A DNA stretch of 64,000 bases from an uncultured Collinsella sp. (lineage in GTDB: Bacteria > Actinomycetota > Coriobacteriia > Coriobacteriales > Coriobacteriaceae): positions 97,593-161,592 of the forward strand of contig UQIV01000001.1 of assembly GCA_900541205.1 (NCBI GenBank), given 5' to 3'. Positions 20,395 through 30,747 of the stretch are shown piece after piece. The notes below the pieces were generated by a model. That model was not told where the DNA came from. It worked only from the letters and a program-made list of their open reading frames with translations, and made no database searches. The position numbers were made by a program, and so were the translations under genes. How positions within the stretch are numbered: the first letter of the stretch is position 1; the number at the start of each line of letters is the position of its first letter.

Positions 20395-21819
20395 ATGATA
20401 GAGATCGCCGTCAACAACCTCGCGGCCTCAACGGGGGCCCGAACCGTGACGGAAGAAGTCGATCGGGTATGCCGCGGGTGCGTTATCGACTCGCGTCAGG
20501 TCGAGGAGGGGACGATCTTTGTCGCCTTCCCCGGCGAAAAGGTCGACGGCAATGATTTTGCCTCCCGTGCCATCGAGTCGGGTGCCGGTGCCGTTGTGAT
20601 GACGCGCGAGCCCGATGCCGAGCTGGTTTCGTTGGCGCAGGACAAGGGATGCGCCATCTTGCTGACCGACGACCCCGAGGAGTTCTTGCTGCGCCTGGCG
20701 CATGTATATCGTTTGGAGCTTGGCTGCCTGGTCGTCGGCATTACCGGTTCGATTGGCAAGACGACGACCAAGGACGTGCTCGCCGCCGTGCTCGCCAAGC
20801 GTTATCGCGTCTGGGCCACGAAGGGCAATTTCAACAACTTGATCGGCATGCCGCTCACGGTGCTTTCCGCTCCGGCCGATACCGAGGTCCTGGTGCTCGA
20901 GATGGGCATGAACCATTTTCATGAGATTGAGCGCCTGTCCCAGTCTGCCAACCCCAATCTTGCCATCGTGAGCAAGATCGGAACCTCCCACATCGGTATC
21001 CTGGGCAGCCGCGAGAACATCGCCCGTGCCAAGTCCGAGATTGTCCAGGGCATGTGCGCCGCCGGCGACTTCTCGCCGCTGCTGGTTTTGGGCGGCGAGG
21101 ACGACTTTACGCCGTTCATTCGCGATACGTTCGCCCAGCCTGCGGGTATTGACGTGATGCTGGCCGGTGTCTCGGACGACGACGAGGTCCGCGCGCGCGA
21201 CATTCGCGTCGACGACGAGGGCCATCCGGTCTTTACGCTCGACTTTGGTCAGGGCGACACGGTCGATACCATGTTGGCTATTCCCGGTGTGCAGTCCGTG
21301 CCCAATGCCGTCAAGGCCGCCGCGGTCGCCTATCGTCTGGGCGTGACGCCCGAGCAGATCGATGCTGCCTTTAGGGGCCTTACGATCACCGGTCACCGTC
21401 AGGAGATCAAGCGCGCCAAGAGCGGAGCACGCATCATCGACGACTCCTATAACGCCAGTGCCGAGTCTATGGCTGCCGGCCTCGATTTGTTGTGCTCGCT
21501 CATCTGTGACGGTTCGCGCATGGCGATCCTGGGCGAGATGGGCGAGATGGGTGACGAGGCTCCCCGCATGCATGAGCTCGTGGGCGCCTATGCCGCCGCC
21601 AAGAAGCTCGACATGCTCGCGTGCGTCGGCGGCGAGCTGGCTCAGCTCATGGCCGATGCCGCACGTATGATGGGTATGGATGAGGACCGCATCCAGGTGT
21701 TCTCCGATTATCAGCAGGTGCTCGACCGCATGGGCGGCGCGCTTGAAAATCATGATGTTGTACTGGTCAAGGGTTCCCGTTTTGTTGAGCTCGACCGCTT
21801 TGTGGAAGGTGTGTGCTAG
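20395..21819 (+). CDS. murF: UDP-MurNAc-tripeptide--D-alanyl-D-alanine ligase
   Basis: VIDSRQVEEGTIFVAFPGEKVDGNDF, VVGITGSIGKTTTKD and the MurF-specific KGNFNNLIGMPLT signature. Confidence 0.85.
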   Translation: MIEIAVNNLAASTGARTVTEEVDRVCRGCVIDSRQVEEGTIFVAFPGEKVDGNDFASRAIESGAGAVVMTREPDAELVSLAQDKGCAILLTDDPEEFLLRLAHVYRLELGCLVVGITGSIGKTTTKDVLAAVLAKRYRVWATKGNFNNLIGMPLTVLSAPADTEVLVLEMGMNHFHEIERLSQSANPNLAIVSKIGTSHIGILGSRENIARAKSEIVQGMCAAGDFSPLLVLGGEDDFTPFIRDTFAQPAGIDVMLAGVSDDDEVRARDIRVDDEGHPVFTLDFGQGDTVDTMLAIPGVQSVPNAVKAAAVAYRLGVTPEQIDAAFRGLTITGHRQEIKRAKSGARIIDDSYNASAESMAAGLDLLCSLICDGSRMAILGEMGEMGDEAPRMHELVGAYAAAKKLDMLACVGGELAQLMADAARMMGMDEDRIQVFSDYQQVLDRMGGALENHDVVLVKGSRFVELDRFVEGVC

Positions 21820-21822
21820 CCC

Positions 21823-22842
21823 ATGTTCGGCAATCCCTCGTATCCTACGTATCAGGCCTTTTTGGGACTTGGCATCGCTGCCGCCATTGCGCTGCTGCTT
21901 ATGCCGTGGTGGATCAAGCTGCTGAAGGTCGAGGGTATCGGCCAGCAGGTCCGAGCCGACGGCCCCAAGCGTCATTTGATTAAACAGGGTACGCCGACCA
22001 TGGGCGGCGTCATCATCCTTGTCGCGATCTCGCTGACCTGCCTGCTGATGGGCAAGCTCACCACCGAGCTCGTGCTCGTGCTGCTTGCCACGCTGGCCAC
22101 CGGCGTTCTGGGTCTCATCGACGACCTGACCTCCGTCACGCATGGTCGCTCGCTCGGCCTGACGCCTCACGCCAAGATGATCGGTCTGACCATCATCTGC
22201 GTCACCTTTACCGTGCTCGCCGTCAATTGGTGCGGCGTCGCCCCCGAGATTCGTTTTCCCGGCGGCCTGACGATTGACCTCGGTGTTCTTTCGACCACCA
22301 TCTGCGGCCTTTCGTTCCCGTGGCTCTACATTGTATTTTGCTGGCTGATGATTGCTGGTCTTTCCAATGCCGTGAACCTGACCGATGGTCTGGACGGCCT
22401 TGCCGGTGGCACTTCCATGATCGCCATGCTCGCCATGGCCGCCATGGCGTTTTTGCACGGTGACGTGAACCTGTCCATCTTCTGCACGGCGTGCGCCGGT
22501 GCCTGCCTGGGCTTTTTGTGGTTCAACTGCTACCCGGCGAGCATCTTTATGGGCGATACCGGCTCACTTGCCCTGGGTGCCGCTTTTGCCTGCACCTCCA
22601 TCATGACCAACACCGAAGTCGTTTCCCTCATCATCGGCGGTCTGTTTATCGTCGAGACTCTGTCGGTCATGATCCAGGTTGTCTATTTCCACTTTACGCA
22701 CAAGCGCGTCTTCCTTATGGCGCCCATTCATCATCATTTCGAAAAGAAGGGCTGGGCCGAGACCAAGGTCGTTATCCGTTTTTGGATTATCGCCGCGGCC
22801 TTTGGCGCCGTTGGCCTCGCCCTGTTCTTCCAGTTGGGATAG
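21823..22842 (+). CDS. mraY: phospho-N-acetylmuramoyl-pentapeptide transferase
   Basis: 339-aa polytopic protein with NAVNLTDGLDGLA and FMGDTGSLALG motifs. Confidence 0.9.
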   Translation: MFGNPSYPTYQAFLGLGIAAAIALLLMPWWIKLLKVEGIGQQVRADGPKRHLIKQGTPTMGGVIILVAISLTCLLMGKLTTELVLVLLATLATGVLGLIDDLTSVTHGRSLGLTPHAKMIGLTIICVTFTVLAVNWCGVAPEIRFPGGLTIDLGVLSTTICGLSFPWLYIVFCWLMIAGLSNAVNLTDGLDGLAGGTSMIAMLAMAAMAFLHGDVNLSIFCTACAGACLGFLWFNCYPASIFMGDTGSLALGAAFACTSIMTNTEVVSLIIGGLFIVETLSVMIQVVYFHFTHKRVFLMAPIHHHFEKKGWAETKVVIRFWIIAAAFGAVGLALFFQLG

Positions 22843-22851
22843 TGGTCTTTC

Positions 22852-24258
22852 ATGCCTCTTGCTGATGTCTTTAGCCTGCTTGTTTTGGGGCAGGGTAAAT
22901 CCGGTCTCGATGTCGCCCGTTGGGCGTTGGCTCACCCCGAGCGCGTGAGCGCCACGACCGTGTATGGCGGCGGTAGCTCCGAGCCCAATGACGCCACGCG
23001 TGCGCTCGAGGCGCAGGGCGCGTCGTTTGTCTACGGCACCGAGCAGGTCGAGGGTGCCTATGACGTGTGCGTGACATGCCCGGGTATCTCGGAGTTCTCG
23101 GCCTTCTTTAAGGCTGGGCGTGAGCATGCCGCTCAGATTATGGGCGAGCCCGAGTTTGCCTATTGCCTGTCTCCCCAAAATTGGATCGCCATCACGGGCA
23201 CCAACGGCAAGACAACTACTACGTCGCTGACCGATTATCTGCTCAAGGCCGCCGGTGAAGCCAGCGTGGCCGTCGGCAATATCGGTGAGCCGCCGGTGAA
23301 CGAGATCGACGGCCGCGCACACAATGAGTGGTTTGTGGCCGAGCTGTCGAGTTATCAGATTGCTACGACCGCCGAGCTTCATCCTCGCGTGGCGGTACTG
23401 CTCAACATCACGCCCGACCACCTGGGCTGGCACAAGAGCCACAAGAACTATGCGCTTGCCAAGATCAAGTTGTTCGAGAATATGGTCGACGACGACCTCG
23501 TGGTTATCGATGTTGAGGATGCCGGCATCCATGAGTTCGATGAGTACATCTACACGCCGGGTCGCCGCATCTGCAAGGTCGCTTTTGACGAGCCCGAGGG
23601 TGCAGACGCCGCCTTTGTGCGCGACGGCAAGATGGTCGTCCGCCTGAAGGGTGTCGAGACTCAGCTTGTCGCCACGTCCGAGCTCAAGATCTCGGGCCAT
23701 CACAATGTCATCAATGCCCTATGTGCCGCCACGGCTGCTCTGGCCGTCGGTGCCGATCCCGAGGGCGTTTGCCGCGGTTTGGCATCGTTCCAGCCACTCG
23801 AACACCGCGTTGAGCCCTGTGGCGAGATCGATGGCGTGCGCTACGTTAACGATTCCAAGGCAACGAACACCGATGCAGTCGAAAAGGCTCTGACGGCGTT
23901 TCCCGACGACGACGTGATCTTGCTGCTCGGCGGCCACGATAAGGGCACGCCGCTTGCGGACTTTGCCCGCGTCGTTATGGACAACGTGCGCTCGGTCGTT
24001 TGCTTTGGCGATGCGCGCGAGCGCTTTACTGCCGCTATGGACGAGGCCGATGTCGATGGTGACGTGGATATCGCCCAGGCCGATGATCTGCGCGATGCCG
24101 TTGACGTTGCCCGCTCGCTCTCGAGCCGCGGCGACGTGATCCTGCTTTCGCCCGCCTGCTCTTCGTTCGACGAGTTCTCGGGCTACGAGGAGCGCGGTCG
24201 CGTGTTTAAGGACTACGTGGCCCAGCTTGCCGCAGCAGCGAAATCGCAAACGGAATAG
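22852..24258 (+). CDS. murD: UDP-MurNAc-L-alanine--D-glutamate ligase
   Basis: AITGTNGKTTTTSL P-loop, Mur ligase middle and C-terminal domains, 468 aa. Position follows mraY. Confidence 0.8.
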   Translation: MPLADVFSLLVLGQGKSGLDVARWALAHPERVSATTVYGGGSSEPNDATRALEAQGASFVYGTEQVEGAYDVCVTCPGISEFSAFFKAGREHAAQIMGEPEFAYCLSPQNWIAITGTNGKTTTTSLTDYLLKAAGEASVAVGNIGEPPVNEIDGRAHNEWFVAELSSYQIATTAELHPRVAVLLNITPDHLGWHKSHKNYALAKIKLFENMVDDDLVVIDVEDAGIHEFDEYIYTPGRRICKVAFDEPEGADAAFVRDGKMVVRLKGVETQLVATSELKISGHHNVINALCAATAALAVGADPEGVCRGLASFQPLEHRVEPCGEIDGVRYVNDSKATNTDAVEKALTAFPDDDVILLLGGHDKGTPLADFARVVMDNVRSVVCFGDARERFTAAMDEADVDGDVDIAQADDLRDAVDVARSLSSRGDVILLSPACSSFDEFSGYEERGRVFKDYVAQLAAAAKSQTE

Positions 24259-24261
24259 GGG

Positions 24262-25788
24262 TTGCCGGTGAGAGAGGAGAGCCCCCGAAGTGATATGAGG
24301 AGGCCCGACTCGGACCGTGCTTCCTCGCTGCGTAGCACGCCGCGTTCCGGACGCGGCGGGCAGACGTTCAGTGAGCGCTATATTGCCGGCGTCCCCGCCC
24401 GCATCATGCGCCCCCGTTTGATATTTATGGCTTGCCTGTTTAGCTTGGTTTGCTTTGGCTTGCTGATGGTGTACTCGGCATCTTCGGTCGAGGCGATGCA
24501 CGAGAATGGTTCGGCGACGTTTTTCCTGTTTCGACAGGCCGCGTTTGCCGGAGTTGGCGTGCTGGCTATGGTTGCCATCGTGCGCGTCTTGCCGGACAGT
24601 TGGTTTGGGGAAGACGTGCTCAGGATCTTCCTCATGGGCATGATAGGGCTACTGGTTCTGGTGTTCTTTATGGGTAGCGGCAGTCGTGGCGCCACGCGTT
24701 GGCTCAACATCGCCGGTATTCAGTTCCAGCCGTCTGAGTTTTTAAAGCCGTTCGCCATCGCGTATTCGGCCATCATGCTCGACCGCATCTTTTCGCCCGG
24801 CGGCAACATCAACGAGTTTCTTCGCAACATGGGCGTTTACCTGGGCATTTCGCTCTTTCTAATCTTTGTTCAGCCCGATTTTGGCACCGTTCTGATCATC
24901 TTGTTGACCCTCATGTGCATGGCGTTGTTTGCGGGATTGGACCCCAAATATATCGTTTGGACGGTCGTTGCCGGCATCGCCGTCATTGCGATCGCCCTTA
25001 TCGCCGAGCCGTATCGTATGACGCGTGTCGAGGTTGCTTGGAATCCTTGGGCAGACGAATATGGTGACGGCTATCAGGCCACGCTTGCCATCATGGCGTT
25101 TGCCTCGGGCGGCCTGTTCGGTCGCGGTATCGGCAACTCCACCATGAAGTACTCGTATTTGCCCGAGGCGCATAACGACTACATCTTGGCTATTATCGGC
25201 GAGGAAGTTGGCTTTATCGGAACCGTGCTGTTCTTCTTGGTGTTTGCGATGCTGATCTACTCGGCGTTTCGCATTGCCGAGCAGGCGACCGACCGTCGCG
25301 GAGCACTTATGGTATCGGGTTCCGCGGTCATCCTTGCGGTGCAGTTTTTGATCAACGCGCTGGGCATTCTCAATGTGTTTCCCATGACGGGCAAGCCGCT
25401 GCCGTTTATTAGCTACGGCGGCTCCTCGATTATTGTGTCGCTTATGCTCGCCGGTCTGATCCTGCGCGTTTCGTATGAGAGCGCCCGTCGCGATGAGTAC
25501 GACCGTCGTCGCGAGAGCTTTGCCGTTATGGATGAGAGTACCGCCGGCGTGCCCCACGTGCGCGGCGAGCGATCTTCGCGTAACGGCTTTACCGTCCTGG
25601 ATGGCTCTGCGACCGAGCCGGCGGCCCGTCCGCGTCAGCGAACGGCGCCGCAAGGTCGTCCGCAGCGCCCCACTCCCCGCAATGCGGGCGGCGGATATAA
25701 TCGAATCGATTTGAATTCGGACCCGTCGGCGCGTTTGCGCACCGATGACCAGGGGCCGCGTGTACGAAGGGATTACCATGACCGATAA
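24262..25788 (+). CDS. ftsW: SEDS-family peptidoglycan glycosyltransferase FtsW
   Basis: Polytopic SEDS core (QPSEFLKPF...), disordered Arg-rich N- and C-terminal tails, 508 aa as called. The true start may be an internal Met near 24405. Confidence 0.8.
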   Translation: MPVREESPRSDMRRPDSDRASSLRSTPRSGRGGQTFSERYIAGVPARIMRPRLIFMACLFSLVCFGLLMVYSASSVEAMHENGSATFFLFRQAAFAGVGVLAMVAIVRVLPDSWFGEDVLRIFLMGMIGLLVLVFFMGSGSRGATRWLNIAGIQFQPSEFLKPFAIAYSAIMLDRIFSPGGNINEFLRNMGVYLGISLFLIFVQPDFGTVLIILLTLMCMALFAGLDPKYIVWTVVAGIAVIAIALIAEPYRMTRVEVAWNPWADEYGDGYQATLAIMAFASGGLFGRGIGNSTMKYSYLPEAHNDYILAIIGEEVGFIGTVLFFLVFAMLIYSAFRIAEQATDRRGALMVSGSAVILAVQFLINALGILNVFPMTGKPLPFISYGGSSIIVSLMLAGLILRVSYESARRDEYDRRRESFAVMDESTAGVPHVRGERSSRNGFTVLDGSATEPAARPRQRTAPQGRPQRPTPRNAGGGYNRIDLNSDPSARLRTDDQGPRVRRDYHDR

Positions 25789-26893
25789 GATGACCGTTGC
25801 TATTGCAGCCGGCGGCACGGCAGGACATATCAACCCCGCGCTCGCCTTGGCCGAGGAGCTGCGTGACCGCGGTCATCACGTTGTGTTCGTGGGCCAGTCG
25901 CGCAAGCTCGAGGGCCGTCTGGTTCCCGAGGCCGGATTCGATTTTGTGCCCATCACGGTCACGGGCTTCGATCGCTCCCGTCCCTGGACGGCGCTGACTT
26001 CGCTGTGGCGCGTCAACAAGGCGAAGCGTGCGCTTGCCCGTCACTTCTCGAAGGTCGGTAAGCCCGATGCCGCTATCGGCTTTGGTGCTTACGTTGAGGT
26101 CCCGCTGCTGGGTTGGTGCAAGGACGCCGGCGTTCCGTATCTGCTGCACGAGCAGAACTCTGTTCCGGGTCTGGCCAATAAGATGATGAACTCACATGCC
26201 GCCCGCGTGTGCATTTCGGTACCTGCGGCCCGCGCGGTCTTTGAGCGCGAGGGCGACCCCGACCATGTGCTCATGACGGGCAATCCCGTGCGTCGTTCGG
26301 TGATCGAGGGCGATCGCGCTCGCGGTCGCAAGACGCTCGGTGTGCCCGAGGACGCGACGCTTCTGCTCGTCTTTGGTGGTTCGCTCGGTGCTCAGCATCT
26401 CAACGAGCGCGTTGCCTCGCTCAAGAGTGAGCTGCTGACCCGCGAGAATCTCTACATTTTGCATTCGACGGGTGCCGACGGCTTTGAGGAGACCGAGCGC
26501 GCTTTGGCGCTGACGCCCGAGGAGGCGAAGCGCTATCGAGTCCAGCCCTACATCGACAACATGGGCGATATGCTGGCTGCGGCCGATTTGGTGCTCTCGC
26601 GTTCCGGTGCCTCGAGCGTGGCCGAGATCGCCGCGCTTGCCGTGCCCTCGGTACTCGTGCCGTATCCGCACGCCACGGCCGACCACCAGACCACGAATGC
26701 GCGCTACCTGGTCGATGCCGGCGCCGGCGTGCTTTGCGCCGATGCCGATATCGATGCCCCTGCCTTTGCCGACGAGCTGCTGCACCTGATCGATGACGCT
26801 GCGGCGCGTGATGCCATGCGTCAGGCGGCGCGTGGCTTGGCCCAGGACCGTGCCGCCGCGCTTTTGGCCGACGCGGTAGAGGGATTGCGTTAG
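25778..26893 (+). CDS. murG: UDP-GlcNAc--undecaprenyl-PP-MurNAc-pentapeptide GlcNAc transferase
   Basis: MTVAIAAGGTAGHINPALALAEEL motif. Start chosen at MTDKMTV, overlapping the ftsW stop. The ORF track starts at 25745. Confidence 0.85.
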   Translation: MTDKMTVAIAAGGTAGHINPALALAEELRDRGHHVVFVGQSRKLEGRLVPEAGFDFVPITVTGFDRSRPWTALTSLWRVNKAKRALARHFSKVGKPDAAIGFGAYVEVPLLGWCKDAGVPYLLHEQNSVPGLANKMMNSHAARVCISVPAARAVFEREGDPDHVLMTGNPVRRSVIEGDRARGRKTLGVPEDATLLLVFGGSLGAQHLNERVASLKSELLTRENLYILHSTGADGFEETERALALTPEEAKRYRVQPYIDNMGDMLAAADLVLSRSGASSVAEIAALAVPSVLVPYPHATADHQTTNARYLVDAGAGVLCADADIDAPAFADELLHLIDDAAARDAMRQAARGLAQDRAAALLADAVEGLR

Positions 26894-26990
26894 TTAGACG
26901 GGATATCGCCGGTCGCCCTCGCGCGGATGCGGTAGGTGCGGTACAGTTAACGGGTTACAGGCAGTGTTTACGCAAGGAGTACACGAGCAC

Positions 26991-28409
26991 ATGGCTGATT
27001 CCCAGACTGCAACCTCCGCGCCCGAGTTCAAGAGCGCCCACTTTATCGGTATCGGTGGCGCCGGCATGAGCGGCATCGCCCTCGTCCTGCACGAGCGCGG
27101 TTATACCGTTACCGGCTCCGACCTTAAGACGTCGCGCTATATTCGCCAGCTTACCCGCGCCGGCGTGAAGGTCCACGTGGGCCACGAGGCTGCGACGATC
27201 GACGAGGTCAAGCCCGACGTGGTCGTGGTCTCCACTGCAATTCCCGAGTCCAACCCCGAGCTCGTGCGTGCCCGCGAGCTCGGTATTCCCGTGTGGCCCC
27301 GTGCCAAGATGCTCTCGGCCCTGGGCCACGGCTACACCACCGTCGCCGTTGCCGGCACGCACGGCAAGACCACGACCTCTTCGATGTGCGCCACCATGCT
27401 CGACCGCATGGGCCTGGACCCCAGCTTTTTGATCGGCGGCATTGTCGAGGGTTATGATACCAACGGTAAGAACGGCTCGGGTGACTACTTTGTCGCCGAG
27501 GCCGACGAGTCCGACAGCTCGTTCCTGTTCTTGAACCCCAACGTGGTCATCGTGACCAACGTCGAGGCCGACCATCTCGATCACTACTCGGGCATCGAGG
27601 AGATCGAGGCCACCTTTGCCAAGTTTATGGGGCTGGTGGGCGAGGACGGCACCGTCATCGTTTGCGGCGAGGACCCGCATCTGGTCGAGCTCGCCAAGTC
27701 GACGGGCCGTCATGTGCTTTCCTATGGCTTTGCCGAGAACAACGACATCGTCTGCGTACATCCGGATGTCAAGGGCATCCAGAGCGACTTTATCGTTCGC
27801 TTTGAGGACGGCACCGAGCACGCTGTCGAGATTAAGAGCAACCCCGGTCGTCACAACATGCTCAACGCCACGGCCGTCCTGACCGTCGCCCATGTCCTGG
27901 GCCTCGATATCGACGCCGCCGCTAAGGCGCTTTCGAGTTTTGAGGGCGTCCGCCGTCGCTTTACCCACGTGGGCGATATCGACGGCATCACGGTGGTTGA
28001 CGATTACGGCCATCATCCCACCGAGATCAAGGCGACGCTCGCTGCTGCCTCTTCGCTGGGCTACAAGCATGTCGACGTCGTGTTCCAGCCGCACCGCTAT
28101 TCGCGCCTGCAGGCTCTGTGCGATGACTTTGCCGATGCCTTTGCCAACGCCGATAAGCTGCTGCTGATCGATGTGTTCTCCGCCGGCGAGATGCCGATTC
28201 CGGGCGTTACCTCCAAGATGCTCGCAGATACCGTTCGCGCCAAGCACCCCGGCAAGGAGGTCGTGTACTGCTCTAGCCGTCTTGAGCTCAACCAGGAGCT
28301 TGAGAAGCTCGTGGGCGAGGGCGACCTGTTGCTCACTATGGGTGCCGGCGACGTTACGACCGTCGGCCCCGAGTTCATCGAGTATCTGACTGCCAAGAAA
28401 GACGCTTAA
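26991..28409 (+). CDS. murC: UDP-MurNAc--L-alanine ligase
   Basis: HFIGIGGAGMSGIALVLHERGYTVTGSD and AVAGTHGKTTTSSM motifs. Start chosen at MADSQT. The ORF track starts at 26964. Confidence 0.85.
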   Translation: MADSQTATSAPEFKSAHFIGIGGAGMSGIALVLHERGYTVTGSDLKTSRYIRQLTRAGVKVHVGHEAATIDEVKPDVVVVSTAIPESNPELVRARELGIPVWPRAKMLSALGHGYTTVAVAGTHGKTTTSSMCATMLDRMGLDPSFLIGGIVEGYDTNGKNGSGDYFVAEADESDSSFLFLNPNVVIVTNVEADHLDHYSGIEEIEATFAKFMGLVGEDGTVIVCGEDPHLVELAKSTGRHVLSYGFAENNDIVCVHPDVKGIQSDFIVRFEDGTEHAVEIKSNPGRHNMLNATAVLTVAHVLGLDIDAAAKALSSFEGVRRRFTHVGDIDGITVVDDYGHHPTEIKATLAAASSLGYKHVDVVFQPHRYSRLQALCDDFADAFANADKLLLIDVFSAGEMPIPGVTSKMLADTVRAKHPGKEVVYCSSRLELNQELEKLVGEGDLLLTMGAGDVTTVGPEFIEYLTAKKDA

Positions 28410-28414
28410 CCTCT

Positions 28415-29326
28415 ATGGGTCTCTTTAACGCCGTCATGGCGCTTTCGGGCATGATCGACACGGACGTGGTCGAGGACGAACGTCTTGCACGCCATACAAG
28501 CTATCGTATCGGCGGCAAGGCCGACCTCTTTGTGACGTGCCATAGCTACCATGCCCTGCGTCGCGCCGTGGCGGTGCTTGACCGCGAGCAGGTGCCGTGG
28601 GTGATTATCGGTAAAGGGTCCAACCTGTTGGTTGCCGATGCCGGTTATCGCGGCGCCGTTATTTCGCTGGGACGTGAGTTTCAGCGCACAGTTGTTGCCG
28701 AGGACGGCTGCACGCTGACCGTTGGTGCGGGCGTGATGTTCGCGCGTTTGGTCAACGACGCCTTGTCGCGCGGGCTTTCGGGCCTTGAGTTCGCGGTCGG
28801 TATTCCCGGTTCGGTCGGCGGCGCCGTGTCCATGAACGCAGGAACGCGGACCGAGTGGATCGGCTCCCTTATCGAGGACGTGGTCACGTTTGATCCGGCG
28901 TCCGGTATTAAGCACTATGCAGGGTCCGAGATCGCTTGGGGGTATCGCGAGTGCAGCTTGCCGCGTAACGAGATCATTCTTGAGTGCGTGCTTAAGCTCA
29001 AGGCCGCGCCCAAGGCCGACATTCGCGAGCGTATGGAGCGGTATCTGACGCGCCGCAAGCGCACGCAGCCCATGGGCCGTGCATCCTGCGGATCGGTCTT
29101 TCGCAACCCGCCCGACGCAAGCGTGGGCAAGTTGATTGAGGATTGTGGATTAAAGGGTTTTTCGGTTGGCGGTGCGGAAGTTTCGCCCGTACACGCTAAT
29201 TTTATCGTTAACAACGGAACCGCCTCGGCCGATGACGTGGCCGCGGTTATCAGGCATGTGCACGGAAAGGTGAGGGAGGCGTATGGCATCGAGCTCAGAC
29301 CGGAAGTTAAATTCCTCGGCTTCTAG
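28415..29326 (+). CDS. murB: UDP-N-acetylenolpyruvoylglucosamine reductase
   Basis: FAD-binding RIGGKADLFV and IIGKGSNLLV motifs, 303 aa. Confidence 0.85.
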   Translation: MGLFNAVMALSGMIDTDVVEDERLARHTSYRIGGKADLFVTCHSYHALRRAVAVLDREQVPWVIIGKGSNLLVADAGYRGAVISLGREFQRTVVAEDGCTLTVGAGVMFARLVNDALSRGLSGLEFAVGIPGSVGGAVSMNAGTRTEWIGSLIEDVVTFDPASGIKHYAGSEIAWGYRECSLPRNEIILECVLKLKAAPKADIRERMERYLTRRKRTQPMGRASCGSVFRNPPDASVGKLIEDCGLKGFSVGGAEVSPVHANFIVNNGTASADDVAAVIRHVHGKVREAYGIELRPEVKFLGF

Positions 29327-30548
29327 AGCATCGAAACCAACCTTCCGCCGCGCCGGAGGGCGTTCCGGCGCACCTGCCCAGCTTCAACATAAGCCCGCCA
29401 TGCCCTCCAAGTCTGTTGGGCCCGTTCGTCCTGCCAAGCGCCCGGTCGTCGGCTCGCAGCTGGGAGGACGCCCCGCTTCTAAAAAGACGAGTCGTCCGGC
29501 TCCGCGTCCTTCGGTGACGCCCAAGCCGGCGATGGGCGCCAAGACCTCCCGACCCATGGCGACGCCCAAGCCTTCGCTGGGAGCTCGTGCGCCGCATGCC
29601 GGCCGTACGTTGGCTGGCGCTAAGCCGCGTTCACTGACATCGGTGCCCGCTGCCAAGGCGTCTTCGGCAAAAAAGGGCATCAATCCTCTGTCATCGCTTG
29701 GTGCCATGGCAGGTAAGGCGACCGACGCCGCTTCTGCCATGAAGGGTAAGGGCAAGATCGCGGGCGGCATCCTAGCGGCCGTGGCCGTACTTGCCATTGT
29801 TGCCATCGTCGTCATTAACTCCGGCCTGTTTTCCGCCACCGATATTCAGATTCATGGCAGCGAGCATGTGACCAAGCACGACGCCATGCAGCTCATCAGT
29901 CTTCCCGAGAATACGTCGCTCTTTAACGTGGATCCCGATCAGATCACCGAGGGCCTCAAGCAAAACCCGTGGGTCTCGGGCGTGGATGTCCAGCGCCAGT
30001 TTCCCCATACGCTTATCATCACGCCGACGGAGCGTAAGGTTATCGCCATTGCGTATATCAGCTCCGATGACCTTGCCTGGGCTATCGGAGACGATGACAC
30101 CTGGATTGCTCCGCTGTCGACGTCTGTCGAGGTGGACGACCAGGGGAACGTCATTACATCGGGGGAGGGTGCCAAAACCCTGACCGGCATCGATGCGGCC
30201 CTGGCGCTTGCCAAGCACTACGGCGCCGTGCTGTTGACTGACGTCTCGGCCGATGTCGCACCGGTTTCGGGTCGGGCGGTGAGCTCCAAGGCCGTCAAGG
30301 CCGGCCTGGATTACGCACGCGGCTTTTCGAGCGAGTTCTTGGACCAGGTGAAGGATATTTCCACGCCTTCCGTTGAGGCTATCTCGGCAAATCTCGACAA
30401 CGGCGTCGAGGTGTCGCTGGGCGATTCGGACGATATCGCCAAGAAAGAACGCATCGTGACCAAGCTACTTTCGCAGGTAGAGGGCGTGACCTATATCAAT
30501 GTGCGCTCTCCGGGCAACTACACGTTTAGGAACGCACCGACCGCCTAG
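29283..30548 (+). CDS. ftsQ: cell division protein FtsQ/DivIB
   Basis: About 150-aa basic, Pro/Ser/Ala-rich cytoplasmic tail, then a TM segment (IAGGILAAVAVLAIVAIVVI) and a POTRA-like domain (TDIQIHGSEHVTKHDAMQLISLPENTSLFNVDPDQI). The start is uncertain and overlaps the murB end. Confidence 0.7.
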   Translation: MASSSDRKLNSSASRASKPTFRRAGGRSGAPAQLQHKPAMPSKSVGPVRPAKRPVVGSQLGGRPASKKTSRPAPRPSVTPKPAMGAKTSRPMATPKPSLGARAPHAGRTLAGAKPRSLTSVPAAKASSAKKGINPLSSLGAMAGKATDAASAMKGKGKIAGGILAAVAVLAIVAIVVINSGLFSATDIQIHGSEHVTKHDAMQLISLPENTSLFNVDPDQITEGLKQNPWVSGVDVQRQFPHTLIITPTERKVIAIAYISSDDLAWAIGDDDTWIAPLSTSVEVDDQGNVITSGEGAKTLTGIDAALALAKHYGAVLLTDVSADVAPVSGRAVSSKAVKAGLDYARGFSSEFLDQVKDISTPSVEAISANLDNGVEVSLGDSDDIAKKERIVTKLLSQVEGVTYINVRSPGNYTFRNAPTA

Positions 30549-30747
30549 CATCCTAAACGGCTTTGTTGAGGGGCCACACCACGCCGTTTATCTGGTTTGT
30601 TTGGTTTTCACGGTCAATTATTTGACTGAAACGTTCATAATGTGCAAACATAATACGGTTTACCTTTGCATTTACTTTCAACCTGAAGGTTAATGTGCGC
30701 AGGGGTCAACCCATGCTATGGCTATAACCTTTGTTCGGAGGACCGAC